Shown one piece after another: positions 42,388 to 53,094 of a stretch of DNA of 64,000 bases. Both the position numbers and the translations under genes were made by a program. Where the stretch lies: IMG/VR virus record IMGVR_UViG_3300046777_002950. One strand, given 5' to 3'. Source of the stretch: an uncultured virus (IMG/VR IMGVR_UViG_3300046777_002950) (lineage: Duplodnaviria; Heunggongvirae; Uroviricota; Caudoviricetes). The notes under the pieces were generated by a model. It did not search any database and had not been told where the DNA came from. It saw nothing but the letters and a program-made list of their open reading frames with translations. Position 1 is the stretch's first letter. The number at the start of each line of letters is the position of its first letter.

Positions 42388-42799
42388 GATTTTATTCAGT
42401 AACTTTATTGTCAAGTATCCAGAATTTGCGGGTGAAGAAACCAAGTTTAATTTGTTCTTAACAGAAGCACTTTTAGAAGTTGAACTGTACCATTGGGGAA
42501 CTTTAAAAGACGTGGCAACTGAGTTATTGACCGCTCACAAAATTACCTTAACTAAACAAAGTACGGGTAGTGATTACAGTACGGGAGTCTTAAAACGCTT
42601 AGAAGTAGATGATGAGTCTTACAACATTGAATTACAAAGTGTTCCCGATAGCTACGGACAAAGTAAGTACGGACTTGAATACCAACGACTGTTAAAGATA
42701 GTCACAAATACCAGTCCGGAATCAGCATCACCAACCAAAGGGACATCTATGTTTGGGTTTAGAGGAAATAGCCCAATCAAGTGGTCACAATCTAAATAA
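42386..42799 (+). CDS. Head-tail adaptor (DUF4054-like)
   Basis: FIVKYPEF, LLTAHKI, YGQSKYGLEYQRL; AGGAGG RBS. Confidence 0.8.
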   Translation: MILFSNFIVKYPEFAGEETKFNLFLTEALLEVELYHWGTLKDVATELLTAHKITLTKQSTGSDYSTGVLKRLEVDDESYNIELQSVPDSYGQSKYGLEYQRLLKIVTNTSPESASPTKGTSMFGFRGNSPIKWSQSK

Positions 42800-43970
42800 C
42801 TGTCAACGCAGTGGCACTATTAGTACTTCTAGCCCCGATAAAACGAGGGTCCATCACAAGAGGAAAGCCACGTCCCGCTACAGTGATTTTTTCTTGAGGT
42901 GGTTCTTTGCTGACGACTTCAGTAGTAGTTACCAGTCCCCCAGCAAAGTTGTTAGAAGCCGTGGGAACAATCGCCCGTTCAATGTAGTTATCAAGAGCAA
43001 AGAAGTAATAATCAGCAGGGACATAGGTTTTCACTTCTGTACCTACACGACCTGAACCGCGCTGATAGTAAACTGCATCAGAAACAATAATCTCAATGTT
43101 GGGATTTTGACCACCACCTGCTAATAATCGTTGTCCAACCACACCACCAATCTCCTGTAAAGATGGAGGTGGCAAAGCAGCTACGGCACTGGCATTAGCT
43201 GCTTCTAAGCTTGTAATCATCCCTCTAGACCGTCCTACAATTTCTTTAGTGCTAGTTTGGTTTCTAAGGTTGTTAGCAGTTAGCCTAGACATAACAATAT
43301 AAGGAGGAAACCTTTTAACACTGTTGTAGTAACTAGACAAGTGGCTCACCAAATCATCAATACCTGTAGCGGTAGTTGAAGCGGACCACACAGCAGTACC
43401 CGTCAAAGCAGATGGTAAATTGTCCGAAGGGATTTGACTTCTGTAACTAAGAACTGCTGATGCTCCTGATGTAGGGTCAGGATAGTTGCATTGTCCAGTA
43501 CAAGCAATCAGCAAAGTTAACACAGTGTGTAAGTTAATAACAGACTGAGTAAGCAGTGCGGGTACGCCTAAAAAGATATTCCTGATAGCTTCAGACGCTT
43601 GGGCGTTACCGGACATAGCCAAGCGTTCCGCCTGTTGAGCAAGGTTAAAATCCTCTTCAGTAATCAATCTAGATTTAGCCAGTTTAAAATTACCAAAGGT
43701 TTCTTGAGTCACGCTAAGGCGTTCTACATCTTGGGGAATAGCACCATCAGTAGCTACCACATAAGCAAGAGTAGGAGTATAAGCCCGCATTTTGAGCAAT
43801 GCTAAAACCGGATCACTATACTGAACAAAAGGAAAAAAACGATTCAAAGCAGGATCGGGATAACCGTCAGCATAGACTTCGCCAGTGCTAGAGACAGTTG
43901 CCAGTTGCAAGTCAATAGCTCGCTGGACTACGCCCGGTTGTGAGTTAATTAATTCAATAATTGAGGGCAT
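42792..43970 (-). CDS. Major capsid protein
   Basis: 392 aa; follows the protease and decoration genes; lambda-E-like features (LNRFFP, W..S, C-terminal FP....P). Confidence 0.8.
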   Translation of the reverse strand: MPSIIELINSQPGVVQRAIDLQLATVSSTGEVYADGYPDPALNRFFPFVQYSDPVLALLKMRAYTPTLAYVVATDGAIPQDVERLSVTQETFGNFKLAKSRLITEEDFNLAQQAERLAMSGNAQASEAIRNIFLGVPALLTQSVINLHTVLTLLIACTGQCNYPDPTSGASAVLSYRSQIPSDNLPSALTGTAVWSASTTATGIDDLVSHLSSYYNSVKRFPPYIVMSRLTANNLRNQTSTKEIVGRSRGMITSLEAANASAVAALPPPSLQEIGGVVGQRLLAGGGQNPNIEIIVSDAVYYQRGSGRVGTEVKTYVPADYYFFALDNYIERAIVPTASNNFAGGLVTTTEVVSKEPPQEKITVAGRGFPLVMDPRFIGARSTNSATALTVI

Positions 43971-43973
43971 AAA

Positions 43974-44921
43974 TTACACCAAACGAATTTCAGGATACAA
44001 AGCGGCTAGTTGTCCATCCATATAAGGCAACCTAGACCCATAAACATCGCCTTCTAAGTAGAGAGCGTAATTCTGGCTTTCTCTGTACAGCAAATCTATG
44101 GGAAGTTCAGGAGACAACATTCCTAAGTTTTCCGGTGAACTAGCAGCCACACCTATAGGCATACCCAAAGGCACGGATACAGAAGCCGCACTAATGGTAA
44201 CAACATCTGTAACTGTGTTAACAGCGGAAATTGTACCTATAGTTGTATTAGGAGCAAATACAGCCGCAGAAGCGGTAGCTGCGCCATTAGCACCAGTGTC
44301 AGTAGCAGCAAAGCTGTAAGCACTAGTAAAATCTTTTGCCCAAAAAACAATTACAGTGTCAGTAGCACCACTGGCTATAGACAATCCAGAAACCAGTCTA
44401 GAAGTATAAGGATTAGTAGCGATCGCCGCAATAATTTTAGCAGCTACGTTAGTATTAGTTGCTGTCAATGAACCACCAATATCACCAGCCACCACAGTAT
44501 AAGTAACAGCAACGCCATTGACGGTTACAGTGATAGTATCATTAGCAGCCCATCCTGTACTTGAGGATGAGATTGTCAATCTTACTGAAGGTGCAATAAT
44601 AGAGAGAACATCAGTAGGTATGAAAATACCAGCAGTACCGACAGGGAAAGAAATACTAGTAGCACTAGCAGCAGTAGCGGTTCTGGTAGTCATACGGGGT
44701 AAAATCCGATTGCCCACCAACGAAGTTGAAGTACCACTACCAGCAAAGAAACCAGAAGCAAAAGTTTTAACCAGCTTACGGATAGCCCCAGTAGATCCCG
44801 TTGCATAGGCTTCATTTAAGCGGGTGTATCGGGTAGGTATTGTTTCTGTAGCCCGTGCTAATACAGGAAAAAACCCTGATAACTCATCGTCGTAAAGATA
44901 CGACTCATAACGCATAGTCAT
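43974..44921 (-). CDS. Head decoration protein
   Basis: Between protease and capsid; C-terminal EGDVYGSRLP; A/T-rich insert. Confidence 0.65.
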   Translation of the reverse strand: MTMRYESYLYDDELSGFFPVLARATETIPTRYTRLNEAYATGSTGAIRKLVKTFASGFFAGSGTSTSLVGNRILPRMTTRTATAASATSISFPVGTAGIFIPTDVLSIIAPSVRLTISSSSTGWAANDTITVTVNGVAVTYTVVAGDIGGSLTATNTNVAAKIIAAIATNPYTSRLVSGLSIASGATDTVIVFWAKDFTSAYSFAATDTGANGAATASAAVFAPNTTIGTISAVNTVTDVVTISAASVSVPLGMPIGVAASSPENLGMLSPELPIDLLYRESQNYALYLEGDVYGSRLPYMDGQLAALYPEIRLV

Positions 44922-44925
44922 AGTA

Positions 44926-46086
44926 TTAATCTATAATTGGTTTAGATTGACCTAAAGATTGAATAATCTGTAAAGCCCGTGTTTCTAAATCAGCAGGATT
45001 AGACTGACCAGCATTGACAATAGGCTCAGAAATTGACTGTTTCAGGTTAAGCAAAGGTGCAGTTCTCTTATTGATTAATTCAAGATGAAACTCAATATAA
45101 CCCAAGCGATCGCTCTTGGTATGGTGAGCAATATCATTACTGGGTTTTTCAGAAAATAAATCACCAAACTCAACAGCAGCTAACTTACCTTCAGATACCA
45201 AATCTTCAGCTTTTTGACGTAAATCATAATAGCGAGATACCACTGATTCACGCTTTTCAAAAGTAGAAATAGCAGTGTTTTTTTCCTCAATAGACTTGCT
45301 TAAAACTTTGATTTGTTCACTCAGTCTATTGTTTTCATTGGTTAACAAAACCTGCTTTTCAGACAATAAAACATTAGTATTATTAGCTTCTGCTAAAGCG
45401 GTTTTAATTGCAGTTAACTCCAATTTAGTTGTAGTTAACTCCAGTTCAGTTTTTTCATTCATTTTTCGATTGGGGTTGAAATTGGGATCTCCTTTAACTG
45501 AAATATCGTCAAAACATACAAAAGACTTTCCGTATCCAACTGTTGGGTCCGCTGGTATGTCTTCAGAAGATATTTCCAATAGAACTATCTTTGTCGCTTC
45601 TAAGAGGGCTTTCTTTGTCAGCATAACGCAACCATCCTTATCAGTAGCGTACTCTGCTGGGGTAATAACACGGTATTCCTCTACAGTATAGCCAAAGCTG
45701 ATACCTCCAGAAGTACCATCTTCTATATCGGACATGAATTGTTCTGCTAAACCGTTTCTAGACAGCTTCACAGTTGCCATGCCGCGATCGCCATCCAAAC
45801 CGACTTCAGTAACAATGCCAATTTTTTGACCACGTGCATGATTTTTGAGGAAAGGACAAGTTTTATTAGTAACCCTTGTCAAGTCCCAGCTACGAGCATC
45901 GTGGGATAATTGTTCATCAAAAACGACACTAGCACCTTCAGGTAAATCACCATAGAGAGAATATCTTTCACAGATATTACTCTTAGAAGAAAACGAGAAT
46001 CCTAAAGTTCTAGCGTCCCGATTTAATAGCAAATCAGAACTCAAAACCTTAGTTAAGATAGTTTTATTTTTAGTTGTATTTGGCAT
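44926..46086 (-). CDS. HK97-type prohead protease with a scaffold coiled coil
   Basis: PFLKNH, IGIV, GISFGY, LEISSEDIPADPTVG; coiled-coil C-terminus. Confidence 0.9.
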   Translation of the reverse strand: MPNTTKNKTILTKVLSSDLLLNRDARTLGFSFSSKSNICERYSLYGDLPEGASVVFDEQLSHDARSWDLTRVTNKTCPFLKNHARGQKIGIVTEVGLDGDRGMATVKLSRNGLAEQFMSDIEDGTSGGISFGYTVEEYRVITPAEYATDKDGCVMLTKKALLEATKIVLLEISSEDIPADPTVGYGKSFVCFDDISVKGDPNFNPNRKMNEKTELELTTTKLELTAIKTALAEANNTNVLLSEKQVLLTNENNRLSEQIKVLSKSIEEKNTAISTFEKRESVVSRYYDLRQKAEDLVSEGKLAAVEFGDLFSEKPSNDIAHHTKSDRLGYIEFHLELINKRTAPLLNLKQSISEPIVNAGQSNPADLETRALQIIQSLGQSKPIID

Positions 46087-46220
46087 AACTAAAACATTTA
46101 AAACTGCTTTTAGTTTAACCGTTAAACAATTATTTGACTTAATTAAATCTGCGAAAAAAGCGGGAATTAGCGGTTTTCTTTGATATATTATTAGTGGTGT
46201 AAATAATTAATATAACAGTC

Positions 46221-46487
46221 ATGATTGTAGAACCAAATAGCTTTGAAACTTTAACAACAGAAGGCAAAATAGGAATCTTGATTTATATTGCTCGTGAGAA
46301 AGCAGGAGTGTCTAGGAAACAACTAGCAACAAAGATTGATAAATCCGTCAACGTAATTATTGCCATAGAAGACCTATTTAAAGAAAAGGACGGTAGAAGA
46401 CAGACCATATCATTTAGTGAGATTGAATCAATTGCCAATGCCTTAAATCTCCCTATTCAATCCCTACTCCCAAAAAACGTATATTGA
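46221..46487 (+). CDS. XRE-family HTH regulator
   Basis: AREKAGVSRKQLATKI...IE...IANAL..I.SLL. Confidence 0.85.
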   Translation: MIVEPNSFETLTTEGKIGILIYIAREKAGVSRKQLATKIDKSVNVIIAIEDLFKEKDGRRQTISFSEIESIANALNLPIQSLLPKNVY

Positions 46488-46597
46488 CAAGAAAAAATCT
46501 AGCGACATTGAGGCGATCGCTAGATTTATGTAACCAGGTATGCTCATTTCCATTATAGCACAAATAAAAAATCAGTATTACAACCTAAAGAGAAATC

Positions 46598-46885
46598 GTG
46601 AACAAAAATAGCCAGATACCAGCAGAAAACCTCTTGAATACAGATGTAGTCCTTAAACGTACAGCAATGCTATATAAAATACTTAATAACAGCAAAGAAG
46701 CATCGGCAACAAGAAACATTGCTATTAACTCTGATTGCAACTATGGAGATCATAGCTTCAAAGAAAATCAGCACATTGCTAATGAAATCACAAGACGCTT
46801 AGATAAAATATTAGAAGGTTTTAAACAGCAAAAAAGAGTCCAGCGTTTTTATGAAGCGTCTAAGCTATTTGATAAACACAGCTAA
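46598..46885 (+). CDS. Hypothetical protein
   Basis: 95-aa ORF with a GTG start. Confidence 0.4.
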   Translation: MNKNSQIPAENLLNTDVVLKRTAMLYKILNNSKEASATRNIAINSDCNYGDHSFKENQHIANEITRRLDKILEGFKQQKRVQRFYEASKLFDKHS

Positions 46886-46959
46886 AAACTTAGGTAAATC
46901 CTATTAACTCACCTAGACACAATTAAAAATATTTTATTTTACTGAAAATAGCAAAAGTA

Positions 46960-47823
46960 TTAATAGGGTACTTCTGCCATGCTTCCCAAAGGTTTATCAA
47001 CCAGCTTAGACGTGAGTGATATAGCTTGTTGAGCAATTTGTCCTGCTTTGATGATCATACGCTCCCAAACCATCCTAAATAGGCCTTTACGTCTAGTCCA
47101 TTTCCAGATAATGACTTTAAAAACTGGAGTTGGTTCAACAACCTCACCGTCGTCATTCACCGTTTCAATAATCACATCACCATGTCCATGACAATTGCCA
47201 CGAAAGTCGCTGGTGACATGAAACAAGGCATTATAAAACTGAACCATCATCATGCCACCGTGTTCTGGCATACATTCAAAACTGGAAACATTCTCTGAAT
47301 GTCTCAACTTCCAATTAATTCTGTCCCTGCGGACTTGATCGAACACCTGATAGAAAATCAGGATTTTGGGAATATCAACCCGCTCCAAAACCGGGGGGGT
47401 AGCTGTACCTTGTCCTTTCACGCCATTAGCCGCACCCCAAGCCGCGCCCTTGGGACGGGAATCAATATCAAACCAGAATAAACCCCACTGGATATGGAGC
47501 TTCCGGTAAGTTCTTAAAGTGTTTTTGTTATAAAAAGCACCCTTCCAGTTGCTTGTCAAATAGTCTTCCAAGTACTTGTGAGCAACCATGATATTTACAT
47601 TCTGGTCTTTACTGCAAAGCAGTAAGTTCTTCCAGTTGTCTAAATCCATATTCTTGGCGTTGACTCCATAATCAACAGCAGCCCGCCACATTAGGGCATT
47701 GAGAATACCCATGTGAGTAAATAAAACCCGGTCAGTCAGGTCATTGGCGATCGCATAAGCCAATTCCCGAATTTCCGCTACTTCCTGTTCCGTTAAAATT
47801 GTTTCTACTACTTGATTTTTCAT
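46960..47823 (-). CDS. Hypothetical protein
   Basis: 287-aa ORF with an upstream minus-strand TTGACA-N17-TAAACT promoter (~47954-47982). Confidence 0.75.
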   Translation of the reverse strand: MKNQVVETILTEQEVAEIRELAYAIANDLTDRVLFTHMGILNALMWRAAVDYGVNAKNMDLDNWKNLLLCSKDQNVNIMVAHKYLEDYLTSNWKGAFYNKNTLRTYRKLHIQWGLFWFDIDSRPKGAAWGAANGVKGQGTATPPVLERVDIPKILIFYQVFDQVRRDRINWKLRHSENVSSFECMPEHGGMMMVQFYNALFHVTSDFRGNCHGHGDVIIETVNDDGEVVEPTPVFKVIIWKWTRRKGLFRMVWERMIIKAGQIAQQAISLTSKLVDKPLGSMAEVPY

Positions 47824-47885
47824 AAACCATGAGTTACCATTTAATTAAGTTGTAATTTGTAATGAAATTAGGTTTCTAATTTCCC

Positions 47886-47926
47886 AACGCTGTAGCGGTT
47901 AACAGACATCAAGCCGCTACAGCGTT
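47886..47926. promoter_or_regulatory. Strong hairpin in the leader of 46960..47823
   Basis: AACGCTGTAGCGG...CCGCTACAGCGTT perfect 13-bp arms. Confidence 0.6.
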
Positions 47927-48153
47927 TTTGTTTTTGTAACCATCTTACCTTTAGTTTAACACAGCTTTTTATCCCTGTCAAGCTAATTAGCTGGTTATTT
48001 GCTGTACTTTTAACAAATTCTCAACATTTGACTACAGTATCTTACTGGCAAACATCAATATCAAGAGAATTTAATTCCAAAAGTCAGTCATTATCCACTA
48101 ATAAGATAATGTAGCCAAATATTTAAACCCTTTATTTTTCAATGCTTTCAAGC

Positions 48154-48183
48154 TTGACAAGAATATTAATATCATGTTATAAT
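48154..48183 (+). promoter_or_regulatory. Sigma70-type promoter for the helicase
   Basis: TTGACA-N18-TATAAT with an extended -10 TG. Confidence 0.7.
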
Positions 48184-48256
48184 ATTTAAATAAATGTAGT
48201 GAGTAATTTATGTTTACCCACTACACTAATAATCTTGTTTAACCAATCTTACCATT

Positions 48257-49837
48257 ATGATAGCACAATTAGAACTGATTAAAAAAGAAATTCAGACACC
48301 TGTTCTTAGAGATTACCAGATTCAATTTATCACAGACGTTTACAATCAAATACGTGCTGGGTTTAAACGTATATTGGGAGTGTCCGGTACAGGTTCAGGT
48401 AAAACAGTAATAGCGTCTAAAATAGTCGCGGACGCTGTTAAGAGAGGACGTAAAGTATTGTTTATTGTCCATCTAGATGTATTGGTAGGACAAACCTACG
48501 AGAAATTTGCAGCATTTGGTATAGAGTGTGGATTTATTAAAGCTGGTTGGGCAGAAAATAAATCCGCCTTAGTGCAAATAGCATCAGCCCAAACATTACC
48601 CCGGCGGACATGGTGGAAACAAGAATTTATTCCCGACTTAATTATCTGTGACGAAGCCCACGAGACTACTTGGATGTCAGTGGTTAGTCAACTAATAGAA
48701 GAGAATGAGAAAGCCATAGTGATTGGTCTAACAGCCACTCCGTACAGACTATCCAAAAAGCAGGGAATGGCAGATAAATATGATGTACTGGTAGCTGCTC
48801 CTACCCCTGGTGAATTAATGCAACGAGGGTTCTTGTGTTCACCAATCTACTTTGGGATTAATCCTCCCGACTTGTCAAAAGTCAAGACCATGGCTGGGGA
48901 TTATTCAGATACCGGATTAAGTGAAGTTATGAATGACAACCAGGTACTTGACTCAATGTATAGCAACTGGAAACGATTAGCTAGTGACAGAAAAACCATA
49001 GCTTTTGCAGTTGATGTTGCTCACTCCAAAGCGATCGCCCAAAAGTTTAACGACAAAGGCATAAAAGCAGAGCATTTAGATGGAAGTACACCAATACCAG
49101 TTAGACAACAAATGTTTAGGCGTTTAGCAAATGGTGATACACAAGTATTGTCATCTTGTCAAGCATTGCAAATAGGATTTGATTGTCCACCTGCCGATTG
49201 TATATTAATGTGTCGTCCTACTAAATCCAAATCAATCTACTTTCAACAGTTAGGACGTGGTTTAAGACCATTTCCAGGTAAAGAGAACTGCATGGTATTG
49301 GATCAGACTGGGAACGTCAAAAGGTTTGGATTTGTAGAAGATATTGAGGTATTTGAATTAACTGAAGGGAAAGAATCACAACAAGAAGCGCCTATGAAGG
49401 ATTGCCCTGACTGTAACGCTATCCTGACTAATTTTACCATGAAATGTCCCCACTGTGGCTATTTGTTCCCCAGAGAAGAAGCGGAAAAACCATTAGGGGA
49501 GATGAAACAATTCCAAAAGAAAGCCAAAAAAGCAAAGCCAGAATTAACAGACGATCCATTATGGAACGAGAAAGTAGAATTTATCAGAAACTCACTGGCC
49601 ACTGTTTGGAGACATAAAATGAAACCAGGCTGGGTGTATTATAAATTTGCTGAAAGGTTCAGTGGTGAACAACCCAAAAAAGAGATGTTTCTTCATGGTA
49701 TTTTTGGTGACAACCCCACCCAAAAAGATAAAGATGACTACTGGAAATTTCTTGTACTCAAAAGTGACAACGACATAGTTTATGTCCGCAGATATTATTT
49801 ATGGGAATTTGGGGAAAATAGACATGGTATTACGTAA
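48257..49837 (+). CDS. SF2 DEAH helicase (ResIII/RadD-like) with a zinc finger
   Basis: LRDYQ, GTGSGKT, DEAH, TATP, QQLGRGLR, CPDC...CPHC. Confidence 0.95.
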   Translation: MIAQLELIKKEIQTPVLRDYQIQFITDVYNQIRAGFKRILGVSGTGSGKTVIASKIVADAVKRGRKVLFIVHLDVLVGQTYEKFAAFGIECGFIKAGWAENKSALVQIASAQTLPRRTWWKQEFIPDLIICDEAHETTWMSVVSQLIEENEKAIVIGLTATPYRLSKKQGMADKYDVLVAAPTPGELMQRGFLCSPIYFGINPPDLSKVKTMAGDYSDTGLSEVMNDNQVLDSMYSNWKRLASDRKTIAFAVDVAHSKAIAQKFNDKGIKAEHLDGSTPIPVRQQMFRRLANGDTQVLSSCQALQIGFDCPPADCILMCRPTKSKSIYFQQLGRGLRPFPGKENCMVLDQTGNVKRFGFVEDIEVFELTEGKESQQEAPMKDCPDCNAILTNFTMKCPHCGYLFPREEAEKPLGEMKQFQKKAKKAKPELTDDPLWNEKVEFIRNSLATVWRHKMKPGWVYYKFAERFSGEQPKKEMFLHGIFGDNPTQKDKDDYWKFLVLKSDNDIVYVRRYYLWEFGENRHGIT

Positions 49838-49960
49838 TAGTAATATTCTTGCTATATTATAATAAGATGCACCTTTACAAACTACTAAGTAGCACGGCAA
49901 TTACTTGGTAGTTTTTTATTATTTAAAAATTCAGTACTTATAAATAAAGAAGGAGACAAG

Positions 49961-50491
49961 ATGACTACTTTAACATTTGGAAAGCACAAAGGCACTGACA
50001 TCAAAAACGTTCCTTTGGAATATTTGGAGTGGGGTTCTAATAAGTTAGAATCGCCCAAGCTAAAGAAACAATTCAAAGACGAAATTAAACGTCGTCAAGA
50101 CGAAAATACCACCAAAGAAAAATACATTCTGGAGAACATTGATTCCCCAGAAGTATGGGAAATGCTTCTGCAAGAGACAGAAGCAGAATTATGGCAGCAA
50201 GAAATAAATGCAAATGCCATAAACTGTCAATATGACAGTCGGGCTATTACACAAAAAGAAGTCAATGATTTAGCTAATGAAAAATTAGCTAAGTATAAAA
50301 AGAAAATAGAACTAAATCAGCTAGATGCTGACTTTAAACATAAATGGAACTTGTCAGAAAAGCAAATGGACACTTTGCTGTCTGCAATTGAGATTAATCA
50401 AAGGATGTTTTCAACAGAAGAAAAATACTTCTCTGCTGTTGAATATATAGAAGCAAGAAATGAACTACTGTGGCAAATAATGATGCCATAA
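49961..50491 (+). CDS. Protein with an N-terminal FGKHKG motif (DUF3820-like)
   Basis: LTFGKHKGTDIKNVPLEYLEW. Confidence 0.7.
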   Translation: MTTLTFGKHKGTDIKNVPLEYLEWGSNKLESPKLKKQFKDEIKRRQDENTTKEKYILENIDSPEVWEMLLQETEAELWQQEINANAINCQYDSRAITQKEVNDLANEKLAKYKKKIELNQLDADFKHKWNLSEKQMDTLLSAIEINQRMFSTEEKYFSAVEYIEARNELLWQIMMP

Positions 50492-50555
50492 TGGATTTAG
50501 TTTCTCATCCTTTAACCCACTATTAATAGTGGGTTTTTTTGTAGATATAAAAATC

Positions 50556-52028
50556 ATGAATAAACTTAATCCTAAAAATATTATTAGAGTCAGAGAGGCC
50601 ACTAAAACCAGGTCATTTAGAAGCCAAATAGTCCACATTGACTTACCAGACCCCCAGCCCGGAGCGCAAGAACTATTTTATGATAACTACGCTGATGTCT
50701 GCATATATGGTGGCGCGGCCGGCAGTGGTAAGAGTTATGCTATGTTACTAAAAGCAGCTAAATATTTAAACGTACCTGGTTATGGTTCAGTAATCTTCAG
50801 AAGAACCCGACCGGAAATAACCAATGAAGGTGGTTTATGGGATGAGTCTAGGAGTTTATATAAACAAATAAAAAACTCAATAGCGCGGGAATACCAGCTT
50901 GACTGGACATTTCCCAATGGTAGCGCGATTAGTTTTGGTCATGCTCAGTACGAGAAAGATGTAGAAGATAAGTACCCTGGTTCGCAGATATGCCATATCG
51001 GTTTTGATGAACTGACTAAGTTTACCGAGCGTCAATTCTGGTTTCTTTTTTCCCGTAATCGTTCCGCCTGTGGGGTCAAGCCTCGCATAGATGCAACTTG
51101 TAACCCTGATGCCGATTCATGGGTAGCTAAGATGATTAGTTGGTACATTGATCAGAACACAGGATATCCCATAGAAGAACGGTCAGGAATTATCCGTTAT
51201 TTCTATCGGATTAATGGGGAATTGCACTGGGGTGATACTGAAGATGAACTCATGGACAAGTTTCCTGACTTAGCAGAAATAGCACCGCCTAAAAGCTTTA
51301 GTTTTATTAAAGGTACGGTTTATGACAACCCGGCACTAATAGAAACTAACCCTCAATACTTACAAAATCTATTATCGTTGCACCCCGTAGAAATGGAACG
51401 ACTACTTAAGGGCAACTGGAAAATTAAATATGAATCAGGGACTATCTTTAATCGTCAATGGTTTGAAATCGTTGGTAGCGTTCCCAGTGGTGGTACAACA
51501 GTAGCTTTTTGGGACTTTGCAGCCACCGCCGCTGATGTTGCCACCAAGTCTAGTTTTTATAGTGTACGTACCAAAATTAAATTACATCAAGGCACGTACT
51601 ACATCCTTGATTGTCACTGGGAACAGGTATCAGCAGAAGAAGGTGACTTATCAGTAGTTAAGATTGCTTACCAAGATGGCCACGATTGTAAAATCAGATG
51701 GGAACTAGAAGGTGGTAGTGCCGGTAAACGTTATGAAGTTTCGCTAAAGCGTCAATTAACAGAATTTGACGCTAAAGGAATTAAACCATTGGGGGATAAA
51801 GTTACCCGTGCCTTACCTATGGCGATCGCAGCCAAACAGGGAAAAGTCAAACTACTTAGGGGTGCTTGGAACGATCAGTTTCTCGCTGCAATACATGAAT
51901 TTGATGGAAGTAAGAAACCCCTCACCAATGACATTGTAGACAGTGCCGATGGTGCTTTTAGTGAATTGGGCAACTCGGCACCGCGTAGTACGTTCGTGGG
52001 CGGAAAAATCAACAATCCGTTTGCTTAG
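50556..52028 (+). CDS. terL: Terminase large subunit
   Basis: YGGAAGSGKS, IGFDELT, TCNP, LKGNW; nuclease WDFA...DIVDS. Confidence 0.95.
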   Translation: MNKLNPKNIIRVREATKTRSFRSQIVHIDLPDPQPGAQELFYDNYADVCIYGGAAGSGKSYAMLLKAAKYLNVPGYGSVIFRRTRPEITNEGGLWDESRSLYKQIKNSIAREYQLDWTFPNGSAISFGHAQYEKDVEDKYPGSQICHIGFDELTKFTERQFWFLFSRNRSACGVKPRIDATCNPDADSWVAKMISWYIDQNTGYPIEERSGIIRYFYRINGELHWGDTEDELMDKFPDLAEIAPPKSFSFIKGTVYDNPALIETNPQYLQNLLSLHPVEMERLLKGNWKIKYESGTIFNRQWFEIVGSVPSGGTTVAFWDFAATAADVATKSSFYSVRTKIKLHQGTYYILDCHWEQVSAEEGDLSVVKIAYQDGHDCKIRWELEGGSAGKRYEVSLKRQLTEFDAKGIKPLGDKVTRALPMAIAAKQGKVKLLRGAWNDQFLAAIHEFDGSKKPLTNDIVDSADGAFSELGNSAPRSTFVGGKINNPFA

Positions 52029-52374
52029 TATCTTCTTTGTTTTGTAGCTTTTGTAGCTGTCGTCTTTTTCTGCTGTACTCACGCATATATTCCCGATGTT
52101 TCTCACGCTGTTCTTCAGTCATATTGTTTAACCATCTTTGCCTAGCTTCACGCTGCTTTATTAATTGGTCTTCTGTTATGTTAGCAGCCCACTCACGATT
52201 AGCCTGACGCTGTTTCTCCCTTTGTTCCTCAGTCATGTTTTCTACCCACTCACGTTTAGCTTGACGCTGTTTCTCCCTTTGTTCCTCAGTCATGTTAGCA
52301 GCCCACTTGCGTTTACGCGCCTTACCTTTCTCAGTAGCGTTGTAACGGGCTTGGGTTTCTGGATGGTATGTCAT
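52009..52374 (-). CDS. Charged helical protein with four 19-aa repeats
   Basis: NMTEEQREKQRQAxREW repeats (57-bp DNA period); has its own promoter cassette and RBS. Confidence 0.7.
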   Translation of the reverse strand: MTYHPETQARYNATEKGKARKRKWAANMTEEQREKQRQAKREWVENMTEEQREKQRQANREWAANITEDQLIKQREARQRWLNNMTEEQREKHREYMREYSRKRRQLQKLQNKEDTKQTDC

Positions 52375-52474
52375 ATTGTCTTCCTTTCAATTTGTACCAC
52401 CAACATAGTCTATCTATTAAACCTTGTCAACGTGCCTAAGAATTATGTACTTTAAGTATAAATAATATTTAATA

Positions 52475-52555
52475 AAGTTCAGTACATAAACCTGTTGACA
52501 ATAAATAAATAGTAAGATAGTCTATATATATAAACAAAAAACAGGAGACAAGACA
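52475..52555 (+). promoter_or_regulatory. Repeated early-promoter cassette (copy)
   Basis: AAAGTTCAGTACA...TTGACA-N17-TAGTCT overlapping ATAGTCTAT, then a GGAGACA RBS. Confidence 0.75.
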
Positions 52556-52825
52556 ATGAAAGTAGACATAACTGAGTCGGGTAATTTCGTTCTAGTATCT
52601 GAAGGATACTATGCAACAGCAATAACTCGCCCTTACTTAAATCACTGCACTTTTGAACGGAGAGCAGAAATAAAGAAAGATTACTACAACTTAAATATTT
52701 CTGAGTATTATGAAGAAACATATGGCGAGGGGATGTTTGAAGGATACGACTATGGCCACGATTTGGGCATTAACGATCCTTATGCCCAAGAGTTTTTAAA
52801 CTCTAATATTTTATTACAGTGTTAG
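52556..52825 (+). CDS. Hypothetical early protein
   Basis: 89 aa with a GGAG RBS. Confidence 0.7.
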   Translation: MKVDITESGNFVLVSEGYYATAITRPYLNHCTFERRAEIKKDYYNLNISEYYEETYGEGMFEGYDYGHDLGINDPYAQEFLNSNILLQC

Positions 52826-53064
52826 TTAAAGTACAGCGGAATAAAGACAATTCCTTTTCTGCTGTATTGACAATAAATACTTATGTATTTATTGTTCCCA
52901 AAATCTCAATTAGTCCTTTGTCAGGACTTGAGATAATACATCTGTATGAAATGCTAAATGCTGCCACACCAACATTGATAGATTCAAATACTTTGAGTCT
53001 ATCACACAAAGATTTCTCATTAACTTTTAAAGTTAATGAGAAAACAAGGATTTTAGAAAATTAA
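52819..53064 (+). CDS. Hypothetical protein
   Basis: 81 aa, overlaps the upstream gene. Confidence 0.5.
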   Translation: MLVKVQRNKDNSFSAVLTINTYVFIVPKISISPLSGLEIIHLYEMLNAATPTLIDSNTLSLSHKDFSLTFKVNEKTRILEN

Positions 53065-53094
53065 ACCAATTAACATTAACAAGGAGACAAAGCG

